NCBI GenBank assembly: GCA_051294905.1 | Contig: CM119371.1 | Location: 18,478,001 to 18,542,000 of the forward strand | Direction: 5' to 3' | DNA length: 64,000 nucleotides | Source of the DNA: Botryllus schlosseri | Taxonomy: Eukaryota | Part shown: piece by piece, positions 25,158-38,300 of the stretch | Layout: each line of letters starts with the position of its first letter | How positions within the stretch are numbered: position 1 is the stretch's first letter | The notes under the pieces: generated by a model | Databases searched by the model: none | Told to the model about the DNA's origin: nothing | The model's input: only the letters and a program-made list of their open reading frames with translations | Translations under genes and position numbers: made by a program

Positions 25158-27499
25158 GTCTGGACTCTCGAGTAATCTCAAAAAGAAGTAGTTCTTATTC
25201 GAGACATAGCAAAATATCATGGACGAGTGATCACAGCGGAATAGCTGCATTATTTCCACTCGAAAAGGGAATTAATTAGGAATAATTAAGGAAAAAGCCA
25301 ATTAGATTATACGACCATGAATGACAAAATCGATTTACTATGTCGAATACAATTTTGGTACAGAAAGGTCACCCCGTCCCCCATTAAAAAGGAAATCGGA
25401 TAAGTAACAATCACGAGTAAAGACTTTTAATTTCAACGACCCTTTAAGTAATTAGGCTACATGAAATGTTATCCAACAAACTATAATGAATTAGACCTAC
25501 ACGGGTTCGGTTTTAGTATGAGAATTGCAAGAGCAAGGTTTTATACTGCTTTTCGAATATACAAGTTAACCTAAATTGGAATAACACAAACAATTTAATC
25601 CTAAGCAAATAGTAAGCCTAACAGATACAAATACATCCACGTGACAGCCCAAATCATCATGAGTGGTACCGCCGCTGTTCACGTGAAGGCAAAATTAACT
25701 TCAGTGTGTGGCCGGTATATGTACAATAGTGGCCATTTCAAACATTGCAATATCTCGGTCGATATTGTGACTTAGAGTAACCAACATACTCAAGTCCGCG
25801 TAATCTTCAGTTTCGGGCCGTGGCCCATATGCACCAATGTGTTCCTGGTTAGTGAAATTCGTTCAAAATCTCGATCGATAATGTACAACTCGTGTGTGCC
25901 AGCACTTTTGCGTCCACGTGCAGGTATCCTGGGGTCTGGCATCGTTTTCGGTTGTAAAAACTGTAATTATCGTCTGCGATTCCTGGCTTGTCTGATTCAC
26001 ACAAACGTCAGCGTATAGCTGTTGGGGGGCTGGAGATTCAGCATGGTCGGCCAATGATTGCAGGGGTGGGATATCGTCGATCGTTAGCGGATATCGATAC
26101 AGTTGCGTCGGTGAAGTAGCTGCGAACTGTTGCTGTCGACTGTTGCAGACGTTGCGTGGTGTCAGAATCGTACCGAAGTATATTGCCAGGCCGTTGTTGT
26201 TGAGTAGGTCGAAATCGTTTCGATGAATTCGCACACACGAGTAGAAGATTGGTACGCCGGAACGCGGAAGCGTGGACGACGGACACTAATCGCCAATTCT
26301 GTAAAAAAACTCACGACAGCATGACGAAGAAAGGGAATATACTAGCACGATTACAACTAGCGCAAGATAACAATTCAGCATGAAATAAACACAAAGCCTA
26401 TCGATAAGTAACCAGTCTGAGAAGGCACCGAATTTAGCAAGGTGTCAACAATATCAGAAACAATTAAAGAAATATAAGGCACGCTATTCCCTTACAGCAT
26501 TGCAAGCAAGGGGTCAATCTCTGGTGACTGCAGAAACAAATGTAAGCAGACGAGCAAAAGAAAAATTTCTGCACGTGGTAGAAGTAAATGCAAAATGTAC
26601 AGGAAGTCTGCTAACTAGCGAACTCGTTGATGTATAAGTCAAACATGTCTGTTAAATTGCGATCCAAGTAATAAATTCCCGGTGCGGCCGGGGTCATGGT
26701 TTGCGTAATCTTGACAGCGGAGGTGCGATTGATAGGCACTGCTGAGTTTTGTAAAGATAATTCCAAACAACTCACCTCATTTCAACTGACACGCAAGGAG
26801 TTACGGAATAGATGCTCTGCTCACGAGGCATGGCGTAATTGAAAACAATTCAAAGATTTATTATATATGTCAGTCAGTAATGGAATTATCAGTCAAACTC
26901 ACATTGATCAATGTACTACTGTTATGTGTCTGCGGTGATTTTAAAGCTGAAGTCCATATGAAACCACTTTTTGAAATGCCGTCAGAATACCATTACTCAA
27001 TTTTACGTATAGTGGATTATTTGAATGAAGGATGCGTCATTCCGCAATGGTGTCTGGCGATTATGCAGAACCAGAAAAGCTGTATTGTGAAATTACACTT
27101 CTTCGCTAAAAGCGTTACGTAACTCAAGCATCCGTTGGGTTTGAAATCAGCGGAACACGTGGCGATATGGCGTGTGCCCTAAAACACTGTTTTAATATCA
27201 AAAGCTGAAAACCACATATGCGTTTTGTGTAAGGTATCCGTCAACGCATTGAAGAAAAAAAAACGATTTCCGTAACTAGAATATTTCGTAATATTAACGG
27301 GTCCGTTATCTATGAATCCAGAACCAATATACGCAGTTCAGTTATATCATCTGACCGAACAAGATATGTCATATTTATACCGAATTTTATAATAGGTCTT
27401 GCGCTGAGTACGTTGCATTGCGGCGTTCACAATGTTGACTACGAATTCACCGATTACACCTAAATGGCGGAGGCCATAGCTAAGTAGGTTACTCATGAT

Positions 27500-30032
27500 C
27501 AGACATGGGGTAATCGCGATTAGTAATCGTAATCGATTACGACGATTACAGCATTTTCAAGTAATCGTAATCGCAATCGATTACATTCGAGAAAAATCGA
27601 AAGTAATCGTAATCGTAATCGACTACTTCACATATCTAATCGATTTCTTTGTGAAAGAACGATTACTTTGTATTTGTACAAACAATATGACATAGCCGAA
27701 CATTCGTGAACAAGGAAGCGATATTATACCAAGTTATTGATAGCGCAAACGGTTGATTTTCAAACGCCACTGCTCATTATTACGTCAGAAGTATTAGCTT
27801 TGCTCGTCCTTGCGTAAGAAGTATCCACACGTAGTATAGCCTATATATATTCCATGTAAAATGTGTGATTGTTAGAACAGTGTAAGCCATGTTGTATATC
27901 AGGTTATCAATACACTTCAGACGCCACTACCTCGCAGCAAGATAATAACCACCACTCTGCCTATTATGTATTGATGTTTGGTTATGCTTAGTTAAACTAT
28001 AGATAACTAACCTACGTAGGTTAGTTATCTCTAGTTAAACGCAGTTTTACCGCGTTGCTGCTTGGCGAGCAGTAGACCTACGTATGTAGTACACGTATGT
28101 ATTGTACGTACACCGGACAAAGATTTGAAATTTTGTACTCGTCAAATAAAACATTACGATGGTTAAAATCAACAGCTGCTGATATATATCATAACCAAGC
28201 CGTTCTTTGCCGTTTCTCATAACGGCAGCTTGCAGTATCTGTATTAAGTGGAAGGTAGAATTTTAAGTTTACTTTATCCTATTCTCATATGACTCTACTT
28301 GAAATGGGCGCCAATCGTTATTTCACAATTATTCACTCGGCATTTACACCTGTCGCCATAGCTATCCGCTTATACACCATGTTACCGTGGGTTGTAGGTA
28401 CAATCAGGACCAAAACAGCAATTCGTCCCCCACTCCAATCGTTGGTATAGGTAGGGTTGTAACCAAGTCACAATGTTCCGAATCACAAGTCAATCTCACT
28501 TTAATAGTTTTGACTCGAGTCAAGTCGAGTCATTTTCAATTCACCCCCGAGTTAAGTCCGAGTTCAAGTCAGCTAGTAGAGGGTCGAGTCCGAGTCATAG
28601 TGTTTGATTTGAGTACGAGTCCAAGTCGTTATGTTCACAGAACAGTGTTCAGATCAATCTGGTTCAACCCACTTTTTTCAACTCTGCTCGAGTGATATAG
28701 AATGGTTCGTATTCATAATATAGTAATAACTGATAGACGAAATACAAATAATGTGGTAACTTTACTATTCTTCGAAGTTACATGGAATGTTTGTCTTGGT
28801 CGTTCTAGTCTCAAGTCATATGACTTTGTTCGAGTCATGCAAAATAACTAGAGTACAAGTCGAGTCAATTTACGCATTTGAAAAAATGACTCGAGTCAAG
28901 TCTAGCCACAATAAAATCGCGACTCGAATTGGGCTCGAGTCATTACAACCCTGGGTATTGGGGCCCCGTAGGGTAGTGAGTTTTCAAGTCGATGACTGGA
29001 TTTCGTCAATAATATTGGTAATTGCATTAAATTGCTATTCATTAAGATTTACTGGTAGAGCTGGGGACACGTAATTCATAATTATAGCATCTGGTATGTT
29101 GGTATAATTACTTTATTGTATGTTGTTAATTCGTGACCTAGCGTCTTTTATATAATCAAAAGATACTGTAGTCGCCCAAACGTAGCAGACTAAAAGAAAA
29201 ACTTTCGTGAGACGCACACACAAATTGCCATGTCTTCATTCCCCTGTGAGTGCCCTGGGTGGCAGTTGCATTGTTGGGGCTCAGATTGGAAGTACCGAAC
29301 TATTCGTCACGCTGGCTACTGACAATGGACACATACCCAAAGTTTTGGCCAAGGTCATTCTTTGGTAGCACACTTTGTGGAGTTGCATGTTGGTCGAAAT
29401 TGTATACGTCTTTTGGTGTGTCGTGGCGGGGTAATGACCGCCACCGAAATGCCTATTCCTATAAATTATGCATGCTTTTGTCTTGAGGGGGAGAGGTATG
29501 CATTGCAAAATCAAGCTATTTAGAGACAATAAATCCAGAAGCTCGAAGAAAATTTTCAAGTCAATTAACTCTCTTGAAAATACTCTATAATAATTTATGT
29601 TGATTTACGAAATACTTTTGAGTCCCCTTAGAGCTCGCTCCTGGTCCTATTGGGGAGTTAGGGGTGTTGTAGTTACGGACCTGGCAAGAATGCAAATCGT
29701 TGGGTGCGACGAATAGTCATGTATAGAGTTGGGCAATGGTTGCATTATGACGTAACAAACAAATAACGTATGATTTACAAGGAAAGTTGTTATCTCATTA
29801 GACCTTTTCATCGCAAGCTATATATTGTATTGCAATATCTCTTCTGAAATTAGTTCTAAGAAGCAAAACAAATGTAATCGTGAGTAATCGTGATTACTTC
29901 TGAAATGTAATCGTAATCGTAATCGACTACTTCCTGATTTTGCTGTAATCGTAATCGTAATCGTAATCGCGGGATTCACAAGTAATCGTAATCGCAATCG
30001 ATTACATTCATGAAGTAATCACCCCATGTCTG
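27500..30032. mobile_element. Second copy of the (GTAATC)n hAT element
   Basis: CAGACATGGGGTAAT ... ATCACCCCATGTCTG; TSD CTCATGAT at 27492-27499 and 30033-30040; colinear with 22638-25157. Confidence 0.92.
28452..28953. mobile_element. hAT MITE with GACTCGAGTC motifs, nested in 27500-30032
   Basis: TAGGGTTGTAA ... TTACAACCCTG; TSD GGTATAGG / GGTATTGG; relatives at 61970-62354 and ~60930-61040. Confidence 0.8.
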
Positions 30033-30622
30033 CTCATGATACGCGTTGTATCGCATGATAATGCTTTTCGACATAACATTCAAATGTACTTAAAATCAGA
30101 CACGAGGTTGCGGTACTGTTCAAACGTTTTATCGTGTAAACCAGGAGATTCGCTAAAAGAAGACGCATTCAGCCCTGTCTCGTTCAAACTGCCCGCAGAT
30201 TGTTTAGAGCAAGAACTTTATGCCCCAACCTTACAGCGAATTGGAACATCTTAAAATCCATTAAACCACAAGTATACCAGATATTACATCCAAATACATA
30301 TAGTCACTCCGGTTCACACTCACGCGCGTAACGAAATCACAGTCGCCGATTTCCCGCATCTAATCCCCAAATACATGTGAGCGTGGCCGTATAAATTGCA
30401 TAATTATCGGTGATTCTTCTCAAGCACATGTGGGACAAATCCATGATTTGCGTATGGTAATCCCATAATATTGGGCTTAACGAATTCAACAACTGTGGGA
30501 TAAGTTCATTATATTTGTACACATGATATTCCCCATATTAACGAATTCAAGCAAAAGCTACCCAAGATCTGATTACATTCGTCCATATCTTGGCGTAATA
30601 TCTTGGTTTGAAAAATCATAGA

Positions 30623-32080
30623 TTAGTGATTACTGGACTCAGATATTTGTTTCGTTTCCCATTGGCACGTACTGGGGTTCCCGCATTTAATAGCCTTCTT
30701 GCCATGTTTATGGTGATGCCAGCAGAGGCTGAAAGAACTGCGCGATTGTGTCTTTTTGCTAAGGCCGATGTCATTTCTCAAGTCATCGTGTAGCTTCAAC
30801 AGCTTCTCAAGCATTTGCAAAAGCGCCGCAGTGTGGTCTTGGTTGGTATTGCTCTGCAATCTATCAAGCACGCGTGCCTCATGGGTGGTATTCGAATGTA
30901 TTGCGTTCACATGCGGAGTCGTGTCAAACTCTCTAGCGTGGGGTGACAGGTTTGACTGTACTGCGTTCACATATTTATTTCGCTCAGAAAAACCAGCGTC
31001 GGCACGCTGGGCAATGGTCAACAGTTCCTGTATGCTAGTATCTGGGCCTTGCGCGAACATGGAAGGTCTTAGGCGGGAATCCAAAAGTTCTACAAACATT
31101 GATCTCTTTGAACACGTGGTAGCTTCGCATTCCGGAAAGCCGGTGTGATATTCAACGGTATTGTCATATGCTTCCTCCGGTGACAGATTCCCAGCGTTAG
31201 CAATGGTCAAAATACTCCGGAAATTATTCGCTAGGGCCTTTGATGGTGGGAGGAATCTCTGAAGCAAAGCTTTTTTTGTGTTCTCGTAACTGTCCTCAGC
31301 CCTCGTATCGACGCCCCCACTGAAAGTACGCCTAATTATATCTTGATCAAGGTTAAGCAGTACAAACGACGTACGCGCGTGGTTTGAAGTGATTCTGTTA
31401 GCCTCAAAAGAGATTTCCGCTAGCATAAAAAATTGATTCGGGCAGCGCGTATCGAAAGTAATCCGCTTCAGTTTGTTCGCTACTAAGGCCATCTGCCTTT
31501 GTAAATTATCCAAATAATTCCTCATAGAAGACGAGGTGTCAACTGACGGCGCGGCGGCCACCGAAGGCGCAGCGATTGCCGAAGCCTCGACATAATTCTG
31601 AACGGGAAGGCGAGCTATTTGTTGCGTTTGCTGTGCTAAAGTAGCTGTCTGTCCGCCAACCTGCGCCGTTCGCCTCGGCATACGCCGGGTGGTTACATTC
31701 AAGTGATTATTCAAGGGTGCTAGACTAGTCGGCAGAATTGAAAATTCTCCATCATGCTCACCCTGTTCCGAATTATGGCCAAATACTGGCAAGGTATACC
31801 GACCCCCGGACGTGCCCCCAACTGCGCCCGCCAAAGCCGTATTCATTTCGCCGGACAATATGTCGGCGTTATTTTGATTCGTTTTCCTGACCCGCTCGAT
31901 GCGGGCCTCGTCTTCATCTACATGCTCGTTTTTAACCTCGCTGGTAGGGAAAGCGTGCTTACTGTCATCGGCAATACTGTGAGAAGCAGCTTCGTGCTTA
32001 ACATCTTTAGGGTGACCGATTACAGAGTTAGGCTCGATATCCTTATCAGCAATAACTGGTTTCTTATCATTACTATCCAT
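30623..32080 (-). CDS. gag: Gypsy-type Gag polyprotein (485 aa, uninterrupted)
   Basis: CPNQFFMLAEISFEANRITS...SYENTKKALLQRF matches the P..WF...E..F....IT...Y..LK..L..RF pattern of Ty3/Gypsy gag; terminal LCWHHHKHGKKAIKCGNPSTC zinc knuckle. Lies between the LTRs in the PBS orientation. Confidence 0.85.
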   Translation of the reverse strand: MDSNDKKPVIADKDIEPNSVIGHPKDVKHEAASHSIADDSKHAFPTSEVKNEHVDEDEARIERVRKTNQNNADILSGEMNTALAGAVGGTSGGRYTLPVFGHNSEQGEHDGEFSILPTSLAPLNNHLNVTTRRMPRRTAQVGGQTATLAQQTQQIARLPVQNYVEASAIAAPSVAAAPSVDTSSSMRNYLDNLQRQMALVANKLKRITFDTRCPNQFFMLAEISFEANRITSNHARTSFVLLNLDQDIIRRTFSGGVDTRAEDSYENTKKALLQRFLPPSKALANNFRSILTIANAGNLSPEEAYDNTVEYHTGFPECEATTCSKRSMFVELLDSRLRPSMFAQGPDTSIQELLTIAQRADAGFSERNKYVNAVQSNLSPHAREFDTTPHVNAIHSNTTHEARVLDRLQSNTNQDHTAALLQMLEKLLKLHDDLRNDIGLSKKTQSRSSFSLCWHHHKHGKKAIKCGNPSTCQWETKQISESSNH

Positions 32081-32361
32081 TCAGACACTTTAGCAAACAC
32101 TTGTATATGACAATATTGAATATGCAACGATATAACAATAACACTCATAAATCACTAACACATACACAGTCAATAGGGCAGTGGTTCTCAACCTTTTTGT
32201 CTTCGCGGACCCCTTTCGGACTGTCATGGACCCCGCGGACCCCCACGAACTTTTTGTTCAAATTTAGCTCAATTATCGTCATTTGTCTTGTTCAAATGAT
32301 AAGTGTAGGCTTTGTGATAAAACAGTGCCAAAATGACTCTTCTTGAAAACAAGACCATATA

Positions 32362-32637
32362 CTATGCATATGTAGAAATTGCGTTGACTTCTATTTTATT
32401 CGAAGCGAATTCTGCAACGGCATTTCTTGAAATAGGCCTACGTGGCCGTGTCTTGAAAATCCGCGCCTTCGATTTGATATGAACGAGGGCCGAAAATCCA
32501 TTTCCACAAACATAGGTGGTGGTGAATGTAATAATAACGCGTGACGCTTTCGACGACACATTCGGGTATGATCGCAACGGCACCAAAATTGACAAACAAA
32601 TTTTTCTTAATGAACATGTAACGTCAAGCCTGGTCAT
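32362..32637 (-). pseudogene. hAT/Buster transposase C-terminal (dimerisation) remnant
   Basis: YPNVSSKASRVIITFTTTYVCGNGFSALVHIKSKAR resembles the Buster YP.L...A...L.PF.TTYLCE.GFS.L..IK.K.R motif. Confidence 0.8.
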
Positions 32638-33034
32638 TTCTATCTAGCAGCTTATCTTCTAAGTTATCATCGAAAAATGGTTATGTATATCACGTGAGAT
32701 TTTGTAAACATTTCGAAGTCACCGTGATTGACCTTACTCATCAACTTTTCCCCCACAATCACCAACAAAACAGCTCTCAACAGCAAAGTGTTTGTATCAG
32801 TAGGCTAATGGCAATTTACCAATCAAAATGAGTGTGAACAGTAGGGTATTCTATCTCAGACGGCCATTCTGTTGATGTGAGCTCTGGAGTTTTACTAGTA
32901 ATGAAGCAAAACTGTCTTATGATTTTCCTAATTAAAAAAAATAGAAATTAGGTTATCAACTATTTGAGGTTTCGCGGAGTAGTAAGGGAAAGCAATTTAT
33001 ACGCCGGCCAATCCCAGAAGGCCACGTCGCCTTA

Positions 33035-33280
33035 ATTGCCACACCTACATTGCCACATCATCCGCCCATTGCCGCACCTATGGGACGCCTATTGCCACAT
33101 CATCCACCCATTGCCGCACCTATAGCACGCCCATTGCCGCACCTATAGCACACCTATTGCCACATCATCCGCCCATTGGCACATCACCTGCCACATTCAT
33201 CTGTGTCACATCATCAAGCGCCACACCTATAGTGCCACATCATCCATTGCCACATCATCACCGCATTGATTGCCGCATCT
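33035..33280 (+). repeat. Subterminal ATTGCC(A/G)CA-based minisatellite of the foldback (mirror ~56247-56492)
   Basis: Repeated ATTGCCACATCATCC / ATTGCCGCACCTATAG units. Confidence 0.85.
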
Positions 33281-35362
33281 TGATACTTTTCTCAGATATT
33301 GTATTATGTGTATTTAGGACTAATATCATCCGTCCATATTTTTTAAACTTGATTTTATGTGTACAAGTTACGGTTTCTGCAGTTTCCACATTTTACGACT
33401 TATGATTGCTGCGTCAAAACTTACCTTGGCTAGAATCGACAGATTTTCTATTATGTGTATTTAGGACTATGTATTTAAATTCCTATTCAGATTATACATA
33501 AATGCGAAAACTATGATGTCTATGTAAGGTTATATTCTCCGGATAATATTATTAATATCAAAATTCTATACATCATCACTATAATTACTTAATATAAAAT
33601 GCGATTTTGAGCGCTGCGACTTGATAATATGAACCCCTACGCTTCTGATGCAGATTTTTTGTGATAAGGACCTAGGTAACATTCAGAGTCTGCAACGATT
33701 GTTTGGATATACATTATAGCAATACCCCACTAAACTATAGGCGGTTATATTACTCTATTGGTCAGAGATAACTCATCCGTCTATATTTTTAAACTTGATT
33801 TTATGTATACAAGTTACTGTCTCTGCAGCCTCCACATTTTACGACTTATTTTCATTAGACGCAGGCAAGCGATTCTCCAGTTCGGAGCTACGGAAACAAA
33901 TCACTCGCATGTGCGCGTTCCGAATAGTCTTGTAGAATAACAGCTTAGTAGCATATACGCGAATCCCAAGGTGAAAATAATCGAACGAACTATAGCCGTA
34001 GGCGTGCGATTCGCAGGGCTTTATTTATACAAACTCTATCGATGCCTGTACGCGAACCCCAGCGTTAAAACGATTAGGTCTAATTAACACGTTCTGAAGC
34101 CGAAAATTTAGTCAACATCATTGAGATAGCCATGATTTGAAGATGGTGATCGAGTGTGACAATAGCACTCGCCAAGGTTAGACAAACATAACCTTAAACT
34201 ACTCTCTACTTCACAAAATATAAAGTTATAAAAGTAAGCAGATTTCTATGAAAACCCGTGAAATAGAAGTAAAAGTAGCCTAGAAACATAACTACTTAAT
34301 GAAAAATCGTGATTCTTGAAGTGACCACATTTCATACGATTCAGTCCTTTTCATGTCACTAGAATAAGGTGATTAAACTGACAGTGAAACGCCGCCGGCG
34401 TCTTATAACGTAATAATGTAAGCTGCGTCGGGTGCTGCTATAATGTTAGGAGCGAATATAGTAGAAAGTTCACGTCTGGACACCTGTAAGCAGGTGCGCA
34501 TACTACCGTAGTAAAACGCATAACAGAATTCACGCAAAAGTCGATATTGCTTTGTGATGCTTTTGATGTTGTTCCATACCGATTGGGAAGATAGGACTCC
34601 TAATTTCCTAACTAACTACATAATCCCTAGTAACGTAGTCAGACGCATAACGGAATTTACGCAAAATCGGTATTGCTCTGCGATAATTTTGACCACTATG
34701 TTTTGATAATAACTTGCTTCCGAGAAATAAATAACATTCATTATACGTTAGATGATACTTTTCCTTGATATTCTATTATGTGTATTTAGGGCTAATGCGA
34801 CATCACTATATTGCCGACAGGCCTGATTCGAACACACTAATTTTGCGAATTAAACTTTTATCGCGGAACGCAACAAGATAAATCATATGAATTTGTAAAC
34901 TACTTATTCATGACATAGTAATAATTCTACTTGTGTACTTTTTCATATTTTGCAGCAATTTTAGTAGTACTTAAATAAAATTCGGAATATAAACTAATCG
35001 AAAAATTCGGTAACCAATTTCGCATAGGCTATCCCTAGACTGCTCAGGTGGAATATCGTTACACGATCGCTCTGGTGGGGTCGATTAGACCCCATCAGTT
35101 AATATGCTTTTTGTCTTACCAATTTCGCTATACAGCTGTCTAATAACTTCTTGCATGACGTTATAACGATTCATATTCCCTTTTTGAACCCTACTGTCTA
35201 CCCATTTAAAAAGTCCCGCTCTGGCTAAACACCAACACGCAAATGGCGATATGGGGTCAAACACCCCCCACCAATTAATTTTATTAACGAAGAAATAACA
35301 AAAAGACAATACAAGACAATACAGCAATACAACAGAGTAACAACGACAACAACAAAGTAGAT

Positions 35363-38300
35363 TCAATCCGAATCCTCCAGCTCCATGCACTCTTGACATG
35401 TCACTATTTTCACAGAGTGTGCTTGGCAGACAAATTCCCCACATTTTCCACATTTCTCGGTTGTTTTCCGGTCTTGTGCTCTACCGCAAAGACAGCATCT
35501 GCCACGTGCAGCTTTGGAGAGCTTTGCTGGTGGCATTTTACTGTCTTCTCCCGGAAAAATTCTTCTAGACGCGAGTCTTGTTCGGACGCGCAAGTGAGTA
35601 TTTGATTGCCTGGACACTGCATTTTTCTTTGTTAGGGCCAGTGCAATTTCCACTATAAATCCTCTGTGTGTTTGTTTCTTCGCGCGGTTACCTTCAGCTA
35701 GCAAAGATAATAGCCGTTGCATGCAGACAAGTTCATCAATCCAAAGAAGATTGTCAGAGGCCAGCGCTTACTATTGCGAGAACAGGAATAGTTTGCCACC
35801 ATTCTGTCTGCCACGTCGACGCCACCTTTTGTTTGATTATAAAATGTTATTATATCTGATTTCCGAGCGTCACCAGAGCTTACAGCAATTTTATCATCGT
35901 GATGCTGGCTGCTGTGGAACGCCCTGCGCCCTCTCACGGTTCATACACTTTGTAAGATACAACATCATTATGGTACATCGCCTATATCTGTATATCACGT
36001 GACTTATATCTTTCTTCTCGCAACCACGTGACTTACCATTTATCAGCTCGTGCATTTCAATTACAAACTAGACTCATATGCGACATCCTACTGTATATTC
36101 CATACATATTCGACCAATATATCTATCTGAGGCAATACTGTCGTTGCATTCACGTTGGAGTTGTCAGATCAAGGACTAACACAGGGACGTGCGTCTACTA
36201 CGATAAGAGCTAAGTATATCTACCCAGCCACATATTACGTGGGACTCAGGTTACAACTCTAGCAGGTTATCAGACGCCATATCTGGTCTGCATGGTGCAC
36301 ACTCGTGAGATGATTTCAGCTTCAACGAAGGACGAATCGCCTCCTACACAATTTGACTTACAACTGCTATATGGAGCCATCCAGGACTTTTCCACCCTTA
36401 CACGGTAAATCCGTTTATTTGACTTCGAATTTCGGGAATGCATTTTGCAGTGAGAATGATTTATCTCACTTGGCTTTATCGGCTAGCAGCAAATTTCATC
36501 GTTATTGCTCGATTCGTACTTTCTATATAATTATATTACTTGTTCGTGTTCCTATATTCAATGCCATGCCATTCAGAGAACCAGATTTGAGTGATACTCT
36601 GACACTGACAGAACATTGTTCATTGGTTTCGTTTTTATATTACGGCCTTGAAGTCTGTTATTTTAATCTCAGCGTTTTCCTTTCTAACGACATTATCACA
36701 TACATTATGCGTCGGGAATTTCACTCTCGGCCACCTGATAAAATCGCTTCTCTACCCCGTGAAATCGAATATTAACCACCGATCCACTATTCAATATTTT
36801 CATATAGAACTTCACTTTCGCACAATTAGCCTACCTAACTCGTTTACCAAACCATTTGCTTACAATTGTTTAATTGTTCAACAACTCCATTTCGATTTTA
36901 TTATAAATTTTGCGGTTTTCGTACTTTCATATTACCGCGTAAATCACTGCCAATCACCGTCGTAATTTACCAATCTATTTTTGTTCGTTTTTTTTAATTC
37001 ACGGCATCTCCGTGGTACATAACTACCAATTCCATGATTTAATTTCGGAATACTTCTTTAAACCTAATTCATACATTACTTTTTTTTACGGTTTCAACTT
37101 CCACCTATTCATTCGTATAGCGATTTTATGTGTAATTCATGCGACATTTATTTTTGTGCGTATTTAAGCGCTGCCTTTTTAACTACCGTAACTATTCCGT
37201 CAATGTGAATTCGATAACAATAGTGAGTAGTGACGCGGCCTTTCGCCCGACTATAGCATAACATTCCACCGGGGTTTAATATGATAATTCTGCGGCAAAA
37301 TCACCTCTTTTTAACCGAGAGTTTCTTTCTCGGCTATGAACTATTAAGATATACCAGTAGCACTGGGAATTGGGATTTCATAATTAATTTTTTTTCTAAC
37401 TTCAATTCACCTTATCTAATTGCGCGTATTCGCATAGCCTCGCTTTTGCTACAATTTCTCATAATGGTTATTTGATTTTAATCACATATTTGCATTACTT
37501 AAAACTCAGCCTTATGCTGGAATTTGTGGATACGGAATTAATTTCCCATTTTTTAAAAAAAACATTGACTTATTTACTTTCTTTATACTAGGTCTTTTAC
37601 ATGATCGCTTACTTCTAATTACCCATACTTAAATAAGGCCTCTTTAACACGGTGACAAATTGTCATTTTTCTTCGTAATTTACGTCTTTACATACTTACC
37701 CGCGATAATGTCATCTTAACATACTCAGATTTTACAACCTAGTTACATGCGATTAACGATACATTTATTTTACCCGCAATGCCATTTGGACGCAATATTA
37801 TCTAAACATCCCGTGATATATTTTGGCCACGGACATTTCCCATTCATATATGCTACTCCGACCTAGGAAATCAAGAGTGGTTTCGGTGGTGTTGCGATCC
37901 AAGGCACGATTTCGACCCGGGGGTATCCGAGTCTTCTCAAAGCGTCGGCCACGGGATTGCATATCTGGTCCCGCTTTACCGCCTTGATCAAGCGGTGGGG
38001 CGGAGTCAGTGTTGTAATTAGACTCGTGGTCTCCAGCGCTCAGACTCGCGATATTACGAAATCTGATGCTGACGTTCGCACCGCAATCTGAGTCATTTCT
38101 TCGATCTACTAGGAAGTCCGTACTTACAAAAGCGTTACAGTCACTGTATATTATATATATACTTTTAATGTGAAGCACGATTCTTACTTACGCAATTGTG
38201 CATTAACTGTCGCGACGTGTTTAACGGCACACGTCAATTTATTTCCGGAAACCTTTTTATATCTGGAGAGCATATGGCGCGCAGATCCAGCGACATGTCT

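Noticed and set aside
24723..25259. 178-aa ORF
   Set aside because: Runs through a (GATTAC)n array and across a MITE/LTR junction; spurious.
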